Positions 1 through 11,847 of a stretch of 60,000 nucleotides of DNA are shown here, in pieces. The stretch comes from Callorhinchus milii (Eukaryota). The position numbers were made by a program, and so were the translations under genes. The notes under the pieces are model-generated. The model worked only from the letters and a program-made list of their open reading frames with translations, was not told the DNA's origin and searched no databases. The DNA is taken from NCBI RefSeq assembly GCF_018977255.1, contig NW_024704742.1, positions 41,418,001-41,478,000 of the forward strand, written 5' to 3'. Every line of letters begins with the position of its first letter. Position 1 is the stretch's first letter.

Positions 1-21
1 ACTTTTTTCTCTGTTTTATAG

Positions 22-145
22 AAAGTGGCTTCTATCTATGTTGCAAGAAATTCTGGTGCTGCCAAACACACCAAACTCTCTTGTTGCATTACTGATAGAA
101 CAATTGCTGCTAATTCAAAAGGATGAAGACAGAAGGATTCGGCTG
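22..145 (+). CDS. NCAPG: NCAPG internal coding exon (KWLLSMLQEILVLPNTPNSLVALLIEQLLLIQKDEDRRIRL)
   Basis: ttttatag acceptor ending at 21 and gtaag donor at 146. Peptide resembles recalled vertebrate CAP-G (LQEILILP...DDNKRTQI). Confidence 0.9.
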
Positions 146-1049
146 GTAAGAGAGTACATTTTGGGGAATATTATTATAGTTCGGTGCAATTTTGTATTTA
201 TTAATATTAGAAGGAGCAATACTAGTCACTTCGTATCAACTTTTTTGGGACCTCGTATCAATTTGTTTACTGTTGTTGGTTTTGATTTGCTCAACTCAAT
301 GTTTCATTAGTGTTATTTTTTCTGGACTTCTAAACTTAATAATTGTCATTTCCTAGCAAAGAATTAAAGGCCTGCATCAGGTCACCTCACCCTCTGTACT
401 TTTATTTTTATAAAGGAATCTACATTTCTGAGAAAATTCTTACTTTCATGGGAGATTCACTTTAGTTTAGTGACCGTATTTATAGTTGAACAGAGTAGTC
501 AATTTGCACACATCTCACGTGTGTGAAGTAAATTACCAATTTTATCTACAGGATTTGGACCTGCACACTAGGACAAAACTCCCTTTTTTTCAAATAGTGT
601 CTTTAATAGAGCATATTTAACTTTGACTTGAAAAGACAAGATGGGACAGATTAATTTAATGGCTCATTTGAAGGATGACACCTCCAATGATGCCAGGCTT
701 TCTGAACTGCATTGGAGTGTCAGCCGAGATTATGAGTTGAACCCAAGATCTTCTGACTTGGAGACATTCGTGCTGCTAACTGAGCTAAGATGACACCTCT
801 GTGTGATATACTTTTAGTGCTGTTCTAAACTTTTTTTTCACAACCTTGAATGTCGGTCCTTTTGTCCTGCCTTGGCATCTCTGAAAGCTGTTATGGGTTT
901 ACTTTCACCTGTTACACATCATGTTTAATTTCCTTACACCATCAAGTGCTTCATTACAGAAAAAATATCAATTTGGAGGGAGGCCCAGGTTGCTCGACTA
1001 CATCATTTCTTAGTAAAGGATTGAATGAGACATAGAAAAAACTTAATCG

Positions 1050-2906
1050 TGATAATCGTTGTATTTGTTATAGTGCCTTACCACGTCATTGAGATGTTTC
1101 AGAGTGCTTCACAGAATATACTGTAAAGTGAATTGACTATATTTTGTGGACAAGACAGGCTTAGACAATTGCACACATCACACGAGCAGCCGTGGATTGA
1201 GTGACCAAATTTTTTTTTTTTGGAGGGATTATTAAGCAATCTGACAATTGACTAACAATCAGGTTCAACACAACAACATCAAAATTACATTTATAGAGCG
1301 CCTTTCACGTCGGGAGGACGTCCCAAAGCGCTGAACAGTCAGCTGTCGGGGCCCGAGCATGGGGGAGGGGTGGTGTAGGGGTGAGGGAAGGCAGAGAGGT
1401 GGGACAGAGACCAAAGGCACTGTCGAAGAGAAGGGTCTTCAGACCGGCCTTGAAGGAGGCAAGGGAGGAAGCGAGGCAAAGGGACTGTGGGATGGAGTTC
1501 CAGAGTGAGGGGCAGAGAGGCTGAAAGCCCGGGCACCGATGGTAGGGAGGGGTGGGTGGAAGACATGGAGCAGACCGGAGCCTGATGAACGGAGGGAGCG
1601 GGCAGGTTGGTAGGGAGTCAGCAGTTCAGAGAGGTAGGAGGGGGCGAAGCCATGGATGGCCTTAAAGGTGAGGACGAGGATCTTGAACTCGATCCTCTGG
1701 GGGATGGGGAGCCAGTGGAGTCGGGCGAGGGTGGGAGTGATGGGGTCGCGGAGCCTGGTGCGGGACAGTACATGAGCTGCAGAGTTTTGGATGATCTGCA
1801 GCTTGTGAAGGGAAGAGTTGGGAAGGCCAATGAGAAGGGAGTTCCCGTAATCGAGCCTTGAGGTGATGAATGCGTGGGTGAGGATTTCAGGATTTCTGAG
1901 GGTTGAGGCAGTGGCGGTGTCTGGCAATGTTGCGGAGGTGGTGGTAGGCAGTGCCAGTTATGGCGCGGATATGGGGGAGAAAGGACAGTTCAGGATCAAA
2001 CTAAACACCCAGGTTCCTGACTGGTTTAGTGAGGTTGAGTGTGCAGCCGTGGAGGCTGATGCTGCCAGTGCTTGAGTTACGGAGGCGGTGGCGCGAGCCA
2101 ATCAGGAGCGCCTCGGTCTTACTGACGTTGAGTTGGAGAAAGTTGGTCCTCGTCCAGGACTTGATGTCGGACAGGCAGTCGGTCAGGACGTCAGTAGTCC
2201 TGGAGTTCAGGGTGGAGTCAGAGAGGTGGAGTTGGGTGTCATCCGTATACATGTGGAAGTTAACCCCATGTCTGCGGATGACATCATCAAGGGGGAGCAT
2301 GTAGAGGGTGAAGAGGAGGGGACCGAGGACAGAGCCCTGAGGAACACTGCACGAGACAGTGCGGGGGCTGGAGGAGAAGCCGTTTGCCGCGACGAAGTGG
2401 AGGCGGTGTGAAAGGTAGGACCTGAACCAGTCAAGGACAGAACTTTGAAGATTGAGGTGGGAGGAGAGGCGGTGGAGGAGGATTGAGTGGTCCACGGTGT
2501 CAAAGGTGGCGGAGAGGTCGAGGAGGAGGCAGAGGGAGCCCTGGTCACACATGGTCAGGATGTCGTTTGTGACCTTGACCAGAGCAGTTTCCATGCTGTG
2601 GGCAACACGGAAACCCGGTTGGAGGGGTTCATGGAGGGAGTGAGAGGAGAGGAAAGAGCAAAGCTGGGAGGTAACAGCTCTCTCAAGGACCTTGGAGAGG
2701 AAAGGGAGATTGGAGATGGGCCGGTAGCTAGATAGCTGTGATGGGTGGAGGGAAGGTTTTTTCAAGGTGGGGGCGTTCCTCTTACAGCTAGGTAAACAGG
2801 TGTGTGGAGTAAGGAAACTTGTCTCAGGTTTTGCCCTGCCCAGCAATTGAACCCAGGTCCTCGCTTATGAGGCGAGTGCTCTATCCAATATGCTACAGGA
2901 CTCTAT
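1050..2906 (-). mobile_element. tRNA-headed SINE split by the L2 insertion (head 2775-2906, body and tail 1050-1266)
   Basis: The two halves join into the same sequence as the intact copy at 53328 (…aggaac|c…gttgttagtc…). Confidence 0.8.
1267..2774 (-). mobile_element. 5'-truncated L2-clade LINE (reverse transcriptase C-terminal half plus 3' tail)
   Basis: RT motifs YRPISNLPFLSK, LDLSATFDTVDH, VPQGSVLGP, YTDDTQL, and LHWLP. 3' stem-loop GCGCTTT...AAAGGCGC followed by (TTG)n. Confidence 0.93.
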
Positions 2907-3061
2907 AGCTCCACATTTAGGAGCTTCTTGCCTTTTTGTAAGGAGTCTTGACAGAAAGGAGGGAAGAAATAGTAACCATAGTTTTATATATCGACTTTTA
3001 GAATAGAACTGAATTGTATACATATTTGGGCAGGTTTAAATTTAGATTTTAATTTGTACAG

Positions 3062-3151
3062 GTTGCAGAAATAATATCGGATGTTCGAGAGCCAATTGTT
3101 AGTGTTGATGTACCAATTAATGCTGATGAGCAAAGAAAGCGACAAGTTAAG
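3062..3151 (+). CDS. NCAPG: NCAPG exon (VAEIISDVREPIVSVDVPINADEQRKRQVK)
   Basis: tgtacag acceptor, gtaatt donor, 90 nt, phase 0/0. Matches CAP-G VTEIISEIRAPIV motif. Confidence 0.92.
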
Positions 3152-3803
3152 GTAATTTTTTTTATTTTGAAGGAAGGAATCATAATGCATGCTTTGGAAC
3201 ATATGAAAAACTTTAAAACAAAGTGGTGTATTTTTGAACAACATTTTTCTCGTTGTGTTTATGTACAACTTACGTTTTTACATGCACCACCATATTTGGG
3301 AATGAATTAGTCCTGAAATACCCATCTGCAGGTTTCATGAATCTTAAAATGTTATGCAGAGTTAACTTATTTCTCCCTTCACCAAAGAATATGCTTTTGG
3401 AGATAACTAAAATTTCTAAATAATTTGATTTAGTTACAGTTTCTGAAGAACTGATCTGTTTTTTCAATTATGTAAGCACAGGAATCCCCTCAATTTCTTA
3501 TTGTAATGCAAATTTAAATCTAGGGCTAATGGCTATTACAAATAAAGGATAACTAATTTTTCATTTGCTTAGTCTTATAATATCACCAAGTGACACAATC
3601 AACTTCATGTATCTTAATTATGTGTCCTTATCTCACTTTAGAAAGTTTGCATGCCAAGGAAAGGCAAACAATTGCTGCAATAACACTGAAGTCCATGTTG
3701 CTGCAGGTTTAACCTATTCCCAAGCTAAAGGCTAAGGAAATACTTGTAAAGGTAGACAAGTTGAACTATTATAAAGAAAAACATAATTAGATTGGAAGAT
3801 CTA

Positions 3804-4040
3804 CAATAGAATCTCACTAATCCAGTCACTCAAGGGACTGGGCAAAAGTTGATACCGCGTTTGAAGCGGAGGAGGGCACTGTAGCGGCGACAATCAATGA
3901 CCGTTGTCCTGAATAGTGAGATGCCCGGTTTACTGAAGCTGACAGACCTTTTAACATTGACCATGAAAGAGACTGAAAATATGCCCGCAATTGTGAGGTG
4001 GCTGGATTATCGAGGTGACCGCAAACTGGGTTTTCTACTG
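3804..4040. mobile_element. Degenerate Tigger/pogo-like MITE
   Basis: TA on both flanks. Ends CAATAGAA...GTCAC versus reverse-complement CAGTAGAA...GTCAC; CpG-richer interior. Confidence 0.45.
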
Positions 4041-4115
4041 TAGTGAAGAAAGTAGAATACTAAAATGTTACACTGATTTGGGTATAACAGATGCTTTCTG
4101 GCTTTGGTATTGTAG

Positions 4116-4295
4116 CTTGCTGATGTCAAAGTTCAATTGATTGAAGCAAAGCAAGCATTGGAGGAGAGCATAGCTTGCCAAGACTTCACTCGTGCTTCAG
4201 AGCTGAAGAAAAACATTGAAGAATTAGAAAATCGCAAGATGGAATTAGTGAAAGAAGCTGAACAGCCAGAAATCAAAGAAGTTCGCATTGAAAAG
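4116..4295 (+). CDS. NCAPG: NCAPG exon (LADVKVQLIEAKQALEESIACQDFTRASELK...KEVRIEK)
   Basis: ttgtag acceptor, gtaatt donor, 180 nt open frame. CAP-G coiled-coil segment. Confidence 0.93.
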
Positions 4296-4344
4296 GTAAT
4301 TTAAAAAAAATTGCAATTTGCAGCATTTTACCATATCGCTTAAT

Positions 4345-4659
4345 CTTCCCATATCAACCTGTCTCCCCCTCTGCTCAGCGGGCTCCAGCCTGCTTCACGT
4401 AGCCCGCACGGCCTGCCCCACTATCGGTAGTCGGGCCTTCAGCCTCTCCGCCCCCACAATTTGGACCTCCACCTCACAGTCCCTTCGCCTCGCTCCCTCC
4501 TTGCCTTCTTCAAGGCACGTCTCAAGACCCTCTTCTCGAACTGCACTTTCGGACACCCTCCTACCATCCCTGCCCTCAACCCTCCCTAATCCCAACCTCC
4601 CTGGCTCGGGTCCAAATCCCTGACTGTCCAGCGCCTTGGGAAGTCCGCCCGGCGTGAAA
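4345..4659 (+). mobile_element. L2 3' fragment, with the rest of its tail displaced to 5582-5616
   Basis: [16 protein letters not shown] peptide. Tail cagcgccttggga…cgtgaaa resumes as gaaaggcactatacaaat at 5582. Confidence 0.8.
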
Positions 4660-5581
4660 CAACAGCAACAAAATTACATTTGTAAAGCGCCTTTCACTTC
4701 AGGAGGACGTTCCAAGGCGCAGAACAGTTGGGGACCAGGACCCGAGTGTGGGGGGGGCAGGGTTTGGATGAGGGAGGTTAGAGAGGTAAGAGGGCGGCTG
4801 AAGGCACGGTCGAAAAGGAGGTCTTGAGTCGTGTTTTGAAGGAGGCAAGAGAGGGAGCAAGGCAAAGGAATTGTGGAATGGAGTTCCAAAGGGTGGGGGC
4901 AGAAAGGCTGAAAGCCCGGCCATCAACAGTAGGGCAGGTCGAGCGGGGTAATGGAGCAGGCTGGAGTCTGCTGAACGGAGGGAGCGGATGTTGTTTGTCA
5001 CCTTGACCAGAGCAGTTTACATTCTGTGAGCAGCATGGAAACTCGATTGGAGGGGCTCGTGAAGGGAGTGGTAGGCGAGGAAGGAGCGAAGCTGACAAGC
5101 AATAACTCTTTCAAGGACCTTGGAAAGAAAAGGGAGGTTGGAGATGGGCCAGGAGTTAAAAAGCAGGGGATGGGTCCAGGGATGTTTTTTTCAAGATGGG
5201 GTGATTATAGCTGTTTTTAGACAGGTGGGAACGATGCCAGATGATAAGGAGAGAATGATGGTGTCGGAAAGTAGAGGGGTGAGGAGGTAGAGCTGGGAGA
5301 TAAGGCGAGGGGTGGGGATGGGGTCAAGGGAGCAGATGGTGTTTCATGCTGGATATGGTGGTGATGAAAGAGGAGGGGGAGACAGGTTCGAAGATATGGA
5401 GGGAGGGATGGGTAGGGGTCAGAGTGTGGAGAAGAATGGCGGTTGGGAGAGTGGAGGCAGCTGAATGGATCCCCTCGGTTTTGGACTCAAGGAAATTCAG
5501 CATCTCCTCACAGTCAGAGTTTGAGGAGAGAATGAGTGAGGTGTGGGAGGGTGAACGGAGAAGCTAGTTGGTGGTGGCTAG
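4660..5581 (-). mobile_element. L2 fragment with internal deletion, inserted in opposite orientation into another L2 tail
   Basis: 3' tail at 4660-4725, [14 protein letters not shown] peptide, then a jump near 4988 to the KVTN/PISNLPFLSK region. Confidence 0.85.
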
Positions 5582-5721
5582 GAAAGGCACTATACAAATA
5601 TTATTTTGTATTGTATTTGCACTTCCCAGTATCTGTCTCCCTTTTAAAAATTCCAATCAATCCTTTACACATTTTTTTATGTTGAAGAAATATTTCACTT
5701 GCACTGCTTTATTTCTTACAG

Positions 5722-5832
5722 GATGATCCAGAAACGATGCTAAAATGCCTGACGATATGTTGCGGGCTTCTTAAACAGATGGCTATTACAAAGGGAATAA
5801 ACTCAACTATGAATGGTATCGCTGAGTCTTTG
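5722..5832 (+). CDS. NCAPG: NCAPG exon (DDPETMLKCLTICCGLLKQMAITKGINSTMNGIAESL)
   Basis: ttcttacag acceptor, gtatgc donor, 111 nt, phase 0/0. Confidence 0.92.
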
Positions 5833-7459
5833 GTATGCTAATTCACTAATGTTTCACCTATAATCTTCATTTTTTGGCTGTTAAAAAGTATATAGATAAA
5901 GACGGAAGTTATCTCATTATTTGAAAAGAGAGTGATCAGTTACCGTAACATCTGTCGTGAGGAAAATGCTTAAGAGCATTATATGGTATGCTATCAGTGT
6001 ATTGGAGGAGGACACAGTTGGAAATATTTAGCAAATTTTCTGATATCAAGCTGTGTGTGGCAGGTTAGTAATAAAGGATTATATAATATTAGCATTCAAG
6101 AAGATCTGAGACAATTAAGCAGATGGACCAAGCACCAGGACTACAAACAAGACTCAAAATACTGCCTAGCCTTAGACATTTAGTCTTGAAATTTAAGATT
6201 GAGTAGAAATTCTTCAATTCAGTTTATTCAAATTGTGCACAATTTTATAAAATTCAGTCTTACTAAATGTAATAATTTTCAAAAATTCAGTTTGGTCTTA
6301 AATTTTAATTCAAAATACTATTTAAGGTAACACTGGGTGGAATTTCAGGCCTTTAAAGTTCCCAAGTGTTTGTAACTAAACTATTTTCTTTCACATTAGT
6401 AATGACAACTTGGCTATAAAGAAATGATGTGTCAAATTGTGCGATGTTAATTTCAATGCCGGTATAACATTATTTGCTAGATAAATTTGTTCCAACAATT
6501 TTTGCAAAGTATGTTTCAAATTATATGTGCTCATTTTCGTGCCCAAATTGTTTAAATCTGTGATTTAATTTGGAAACTCTATTGTGATCTGGTGGTGTAA
6601 AAACCTACAAGATGAAAAAGACTAGTTAGCACTTGTACCTCAGCTAGTGTACGCTCTCCAGTTTAGAAGAGCATTCGAAAATGTGGAAGCTGCCAGTGGT
6701 CAAACCAGGAATCTTGCTGAAATTTCAGTTTTACATTGAGAAAAAGTAATGTATTAATTTTTAATATATAAATTGAGAGGATTACTATTTTTAATCAGTT
6801 TTGGGGAATAATCTTGCATCATCTTTAACATAGAATTATGTAAATGATTCACAGGTCATTGCTGTCAAGTGTAGTGACTATGTAGATTAAATAAAATTAA
6901 CTTCATGGCTATTTGCGCACATTGTGTGAAAATTGGCTGCTGCATTTTTCTACAAAATAGTCATCACACTTTACAGCATATCCTGTGAAGTGCTTTCAGA
7001 TGTCCACCTGACATGAAAGGTGCTATATCAGATGTAAGGATTGCAGCAATTTGTGCAATCCAAAAATGTCCTGCAAACAAGTGCTGCCGGAGGAATAATG
7101 ACAAGAAACTGGGAGAAATTCTCTTTTTCAGTTGTGTCTTTGGATCTTTAATGTCTACGTTAACAGACAAACAGGACCTTGGTTAATGTCTCATCCAAAG
7201 GACAGCACTTCCAACATTGCAGCAACAACAACAACAATAAAATTACATTTGTAAAGAGCCTTTTACGTCGGGAGGACGTCCCAAGGTGCTGAAAGTAGGC
7301 TTGCAAAACTGGAGTAGGCTCCAGGTTGTAAGCTCAAAAGCTCCAATGTGGGCTTGAACCAACCTTGTGACTCAGTGACTGGAGTGCTAAAGACCGAGCC
7401 AAGCAGGCACATTGAAGGGATTTTGTTTTTATAAATATGGAACTTTCTTTTGCTTTCAG

Positions 7460-7579
7460 ATACTTCCAGGCATTGCAAATATTAATCCTGCTGTACGAAA
7501 CATGGCAGTACTCTGTTTAGGTTCATCTGCACTGCAAAACAAAGAATTTGCTGTTCAACACCTGCCACTGCTATTACAG
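7460..7579 (+). CDS. NCAPG: NCAPG exon (ILPGIANINPAVRNMAVLCLGSSALQNKEFAVQHLPLLLQ)
   Basis: ctttcag acceptor, gtaatt donor, 120 nt. HEAT-repeat/Cnd3 region; lies within ORF 7412..7606. Confidence 0.94.
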
Positions 7580-8169
7580 GTAATTAATATACATAGTATA
7601 ATATAGCAAAACTAATATAGCTTGTCATGGTATGCAGGGTATCCCTCTGGTAATGTGGTGTCTGGAGTCCATAAAATAAGAACCATAAAATAATGGGTTC
7701 AGAAAAGAAAATGTCCTTCCTTCTCAGATAGTAAGCCTGACAGTCACTGCAGCTGCTCTCCCGAGCGTTTCTAACATTGGAAATACTTGCAAGAATGGTT
7801 GCCAGAATGCCCAGCATCTTGTTCGCATTTGTAGGAAGCTGGAAGTGTACTGAGCCGATGAGGTTACCTGTGGATTAAGTGTGAGATCTTTGAATCTGAT
7901 TGGTTTAGATTGACACGAGGCAGAGAGTGTAACCAGTAGATCATCAAAGGTAGCATCTTGTCAGTTTCCAATATAAACTGAAATGTTTTTAATTTTGTGG
8001 TCTACATGTCAACTTAAGCTAAATGCAGTTAATGGCCATGTGTCTGGAATGGGTCAACAGAACAGGAGTGCCTCATACCTGTCTTTGTCATTTTGTGACT
8101 ATCCATTTTAATGCGAAGCAGAACTTATTAAAACAGAACTATTGTAACTTGCTTTTGTATCTTTTAAAG

Positions 8170-8424
8170 ATTGCACAACTTGATGAGGCCAAGGTGAAGA
8201 TCAGTGCATTGGAGGCAGTATTCGATATTCTGCAGGTATTTGGGATTGAGGCTTTCAAACCCAGAAATGATAAACTGCAAGAAACACCAAGTGAAGAACT
8301 AGAGAATGAAAATGAAAAATCAAAAGCAGAGGAAGGAGTTGAAGAAGAATCAAAAGAACCTGAAGTGGAAACTGATACAGTCAACAGTATTCTCACACTG
8401 CTCACAGGATATTTGGACAGTGAG
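8170..8424 (+). CDS. NCAPG: NCAPG exon (IAQLDEAKVKISALEAVFDILQVFG...acidic loop...LLTGYLDSE)
   Basis: ttttaaag acceptor, gtacat donor, 255 nt; lies within ORF 8023..8460. Confidence 0.92.
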
Positions 8425-8779
8425 GTACATGTTACTGAATGCAAATCAGATTCTGCATAATTGAAAGAAACTGTTCATCTGGCAATTTGTGGGACTTTGT
8501 TATTTGCAAAATAGCTCCTGTCTTTGCTAACTGCATCCCCCCCACCCCCAATGTTATGTACTACACTTCCAAAATGGACCCAAACATTTTTTAAAAAAAT
8601 GGTGGAACTGTAATGCTATTTGTGTATGACTATTTAAAAATAGCAAATTCACATTGGAATTATAACCTGTTAAGGCTACCAGGATAGGAAGAGGGGACAA
8701 ACCTGGAACCTTATAAGCAAATCGTGCTCAACTTCCTTTGTTTGAAGAATTTTTATTTTTTTTTTGAAAATATTTTTGA

Positions 8780-9122
8780 AGAATAATAATCATTGCATTT
8801 AAAATAGCGCCTTCCACTTTGGGAGGACGTCTCAAAGCGCTTCACATGATTGACTGTAAATTATAATGACTGTATTTGTAGGCACCCATTCTATACACAG
8901 CAATGTCCCACAAACAGACAGCCATGGAGTGAATGGCAGTATTATTATTTATTTTATGGCCATCTGATCAGGCACACTGTTTAGTGCCTCCAATAATGCA
9001 ACACTTTCACTGTATTGGAGTGTTGGCCTAGATTGTGTAATCTAACTCCCAATGTGGAGCTTAAACCCACAACCTTCTGTCTCACAAGCAAGATTTCTGC
9101 CAATTGAGCCAAGCGAACATCA
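8780..9122 (-). mobile_element. Degenerate SacSINE1/DeuSINE-like SINE
   Basis: tRNA-like head (ggctcaattggcag…gaaggttgtgggttt) and L2-type stem-loop tail on the - strand. Confidence 0.55.
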
Positions 9123-9265
9123 GCTTATTTTTTGTAAATTCATGATACACTAACAATGTAAACTCTACAACAGCAAGAAGGAAATTAAATACTTGCCTTC
9201 TTTGAGTGTTTCAAGAGGTGGAATACATTTTGTGTTTAATCTTGAAAATATTCTTTGCATTTTAG

Positions 9266-9447
9266 ACAACTGATCTCAGGACTGTAGCTGCTGAAGGCTT
9301 AGCAAAAATGCTTTTTGCGGGAAGGCTTGTTAGTCCCAAACTGCTTTCTCGCCTTATTTTGTTATGGTACAACCCTGTGACTGAAGAGGACACTCGCCTT
9401 CGACATTGCCTGGGAGTTTTCTTCCCTTTATATGCATATGCTAAAAG
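9266..9447 (+). CDS. NCAPG: NCAPG exon (TTDLRTVAAEGLAKMLFAGRLVSPKLLSRLILLWYNPVTEEDTRLRHCLGVFFPLYAYAK)
   Basis: ttttag acceptor, gtttgg donor, 182 nt, phase 0/2. Conserved CAP-G motifs AEGLAK and LLSRLILLWYNP. Confidence 0.96.
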
Positions 9448-9981
9448 GTTTGGACTTTAATATTATTTTAAGAGTTCTTTCTAACTTCTAGAAACATAAA
9501 TGTGAAGTAAGTGTAAGATTTGTTGAGGTTTGTTTCAGGGAAGATGAGGTGAATGTAGGCGTGAATTTACACACCTTGAATAATATTTTTGAAAAGAAAA
9601 ATATCTAACTGACTAAACACTCTGGGATGCTATCCGGCTTGAAGGGTGCTATTTAAATGCAAATTATTGTTGTAGTTGAAATGCAATGTGCAGTTTCACT
9701 CTCTTGCATTGAATGTATTAAAATCAATCATTACATTTTAATGGGGATTTGGGAAACTATTAAAAAAGGATAGTGTTAGAAATTTGAAAGACATTCTGGA
9801 GCTGGATATCTCTTGGGCTTGTAGTGCAATCTTCAATTATTAATCTACTGCTGTACAAAACATTTAATCTCAGAATTTGAAACTCTCTTCCGTACAAAGG
9901 TGTTGCATTTAGCTAGAATTTGTTTTTTGTTTAAATAAAAATATAACCAAGATTGAAGGCTTGTAACCATGTTTCTTGCAG

Positions 9982-10156
9982 GACAAACCAAGAATGCTTT
10001 CTGGAAGCTTTTCTACCCACTCTGAGGACCCTGTTCTATGCACCAGCTTCTTCCCCTTTAGCTGATGTTAATGCAGTTAATGTGGCAGAACTTTTGGTGG
10101 ATTTGATGAGATCCAATCCAGTTAATTCACAAGACAAACAAATACAGGATTACCAG
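9982..10156 (+). CDS. NCAPG: NCAPG exon (TNQECFLEAFLPTLRTLFYAPASSPLADVNAVNVAELLVDL...DYQ)
   Basis: ttgcag acceptor, gtgggg donor, 175 nt, phase 2/0 compatible with the previous exon. Confidence 0.95.
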
Positions 10157-10490
10157 GTGGGGAATACTCCTTAACACAAGTTTATATATAGTTTGGACCC
10201 TTTTTTGGAGACGAAACGAAATGTGTTACACTGACCTTTTACCAAGTGGAACAAAACACATTCTGTTTTCACATTCTCTGTTTCACCCCAGCAATTTTTG
10301 AACTCCTTTGATGCAGAACCTATGCAGTGGTGCATGTTCTGTATTTAAATTATAACTATTTTCTCCATTTGCTTCAAACTACATGGTCTTCTTTGCAAAC
10401 TTAGACAAGATCATGGGGATCTTGAATGAATTAGTTTATTTTATATATATTGCTTGTTTTTTCTTAAGAATCGTGTTTCATTTCACTTAG

Positions 10491-10661
10491 GAGTTCACAC
10501 TACATGATAGTCTGGCTGTGAAGATTTGCATGGAAGTGTTGAAGGATCCAAACTCGCCAGATATTCGAACTTTGGTTAAGACTCTGAGTTGTCTTGAACT
10601 CAGTGTAGGAACATCACCGTGCACACAACACCTGCGAATTCTCCTGGATCAGATAATTGAG
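10491..10661 (+). CDS. NCAPG: NCAPG exon (EFTLHDSLAVKICMEVLKDPNSPDIRTLVKTLSCLELS...LLDQIIE)
   Basis: cacttag acceptor, gtcaga donor, 171 nt. HDxLAxKIC motif. Confidence 0.93.
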
Positions 10662-10721
10662 GTCAGACTCTTTCATTTTGTATTTTGTATCAGATAAAAT
10701 TGGTCATTCACTTCATTTAGG

Positions 10722-10985
10722 TGTCAGTCTAACTCAATTGGTAGCACTCTTATGTCTGATTTGGAAGATCTGGGTTCAAGCCCCCTGTTAGCACTTTAAA
10801 CTTACATAATTAACTGATACTCCAATACAGTGGAGGGGTGCCTTGCATTGTTGCTGGTATTGTCTTCAGCTGAGACATGACATTGAGGTCCTGTCTGCCT
10901 GTTCAGTGGACATTAAAGGCTCCATGGCACTATCCAAAAGGAAAAGTGGGTTTCTCCCGGTGTCTTGGCCAACAATCCCTTGGAT
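10722..10985 (+). mobile_element. SacSINE1/DeuSINE-like SINE (5' part)
   Basis: gtcagtctaactcaattggtagcactc…gggttcaagccc A/B-box head. Body colinear with the copy at 56292. Family name from recollection. Confidence 0.6.
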
Positions 10986-11097
10986 CATTGAATAACACAA
11001 TGCTAACCTAGAGGATAGATATCAAGCCTTCAACATAGGTGTAAGTACTCGGATTGTTTTTTGCAGTGGAAAGAAGCTGTTTCTATTAAACACACAT

Positions 11098-11410
11098 TGT
11101 GGAGTCCTGTAGCTCAGTGGTTAGAGCACTCACCTTGCAAGCCAGAGACCTGGGTTTGATTCCCGGCAGAGCGAAACATTGGGCAAGTTTCCTTACTCCA
11201 CACGCCTAATAATAATCCCTCAAGAAAAAAAACCCAATAAAATTGGTCACTTCAATCCATGACTGTTTGGGACACTGCTGTGCGCAATTGGCTGCCGCTT
11301 TTTGCCCACAAATATGCAGTCAATTCACTTTACAATATATTCTGTGAAGCGCTTTGAGACGTCTAGAAGATGTGAAAAGCGCTATATCAAATGCAAGGAT
11401 TATTATATTA
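11098..11410 (+). mobile_element. tRNA-derived SINE with L2-type 3' tail
   Basis: TGTGGAGTCCTGTAGCTCAGTGGTTAGAGCA head with B box, tail gaagcgctttgagacg…aaaagcgctatatcaaatgcaaggattatta. Confidence 0.9.
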
Positions 11411-11726
11411 TTGTTGATGTCACTGCACTGGAGCTGGGGAGGATTTTTTTCATCTGGTGTTGTCTGTAATACTTGTATTTAAATTTTTTCATCAGAATTA
11501 CTTTCATGCATATCTGGAAAATATAAGACCACTTTTGAGCAATCTAAGCATTGTGTGTATCTGGTTATGAAGTTTAAATTGAGATGATTGATAACTATTT
11601 GATCAAAATATTAAAGCTATGATTAGAATTTCATATTACTCGGGTATCTACAGTTGGAGATGATGCGCTTTATTTTCTGTGTTTGGATCAGTTAACATAT
11701 ATACTTGGTCTGTCTCTCTACTATAG

Positions 11727-11847
11727 GAAATAAAGGACAAAGTAAGTCAAAGAGTTATTGAGAAAGTCAAGAATTGCTTAAATGGAGGATCTCGAGAAAT
11801 GGAGAAGAGAAAATGTGACACTGCAGTAAAGCAAGCAAATCACAATG
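11727..11847 (+). CDS. NCAPG: NCAPG exon (EIKDKVSQRVIEKVKNCLNGG...QANHN)
   Basis: ctatag acceptor, gtaagg donor, 121 nt, phase 0/1. Confidence 0.85.

Noticed and set aside
1339..2846. Many overlapping ORFs on both strands
   Set aside because: By-products of the GC-rich, frameshifted L2 RT fragment, not separate genes.
11098..11175. tRNA-like sequences with A/B boxes (also near 22110-22184, 45075-45149 and 53328-53400)
   Set aside because: They are SINE heads: each continues into the same body and L2-type tail, and the copies are diverged.
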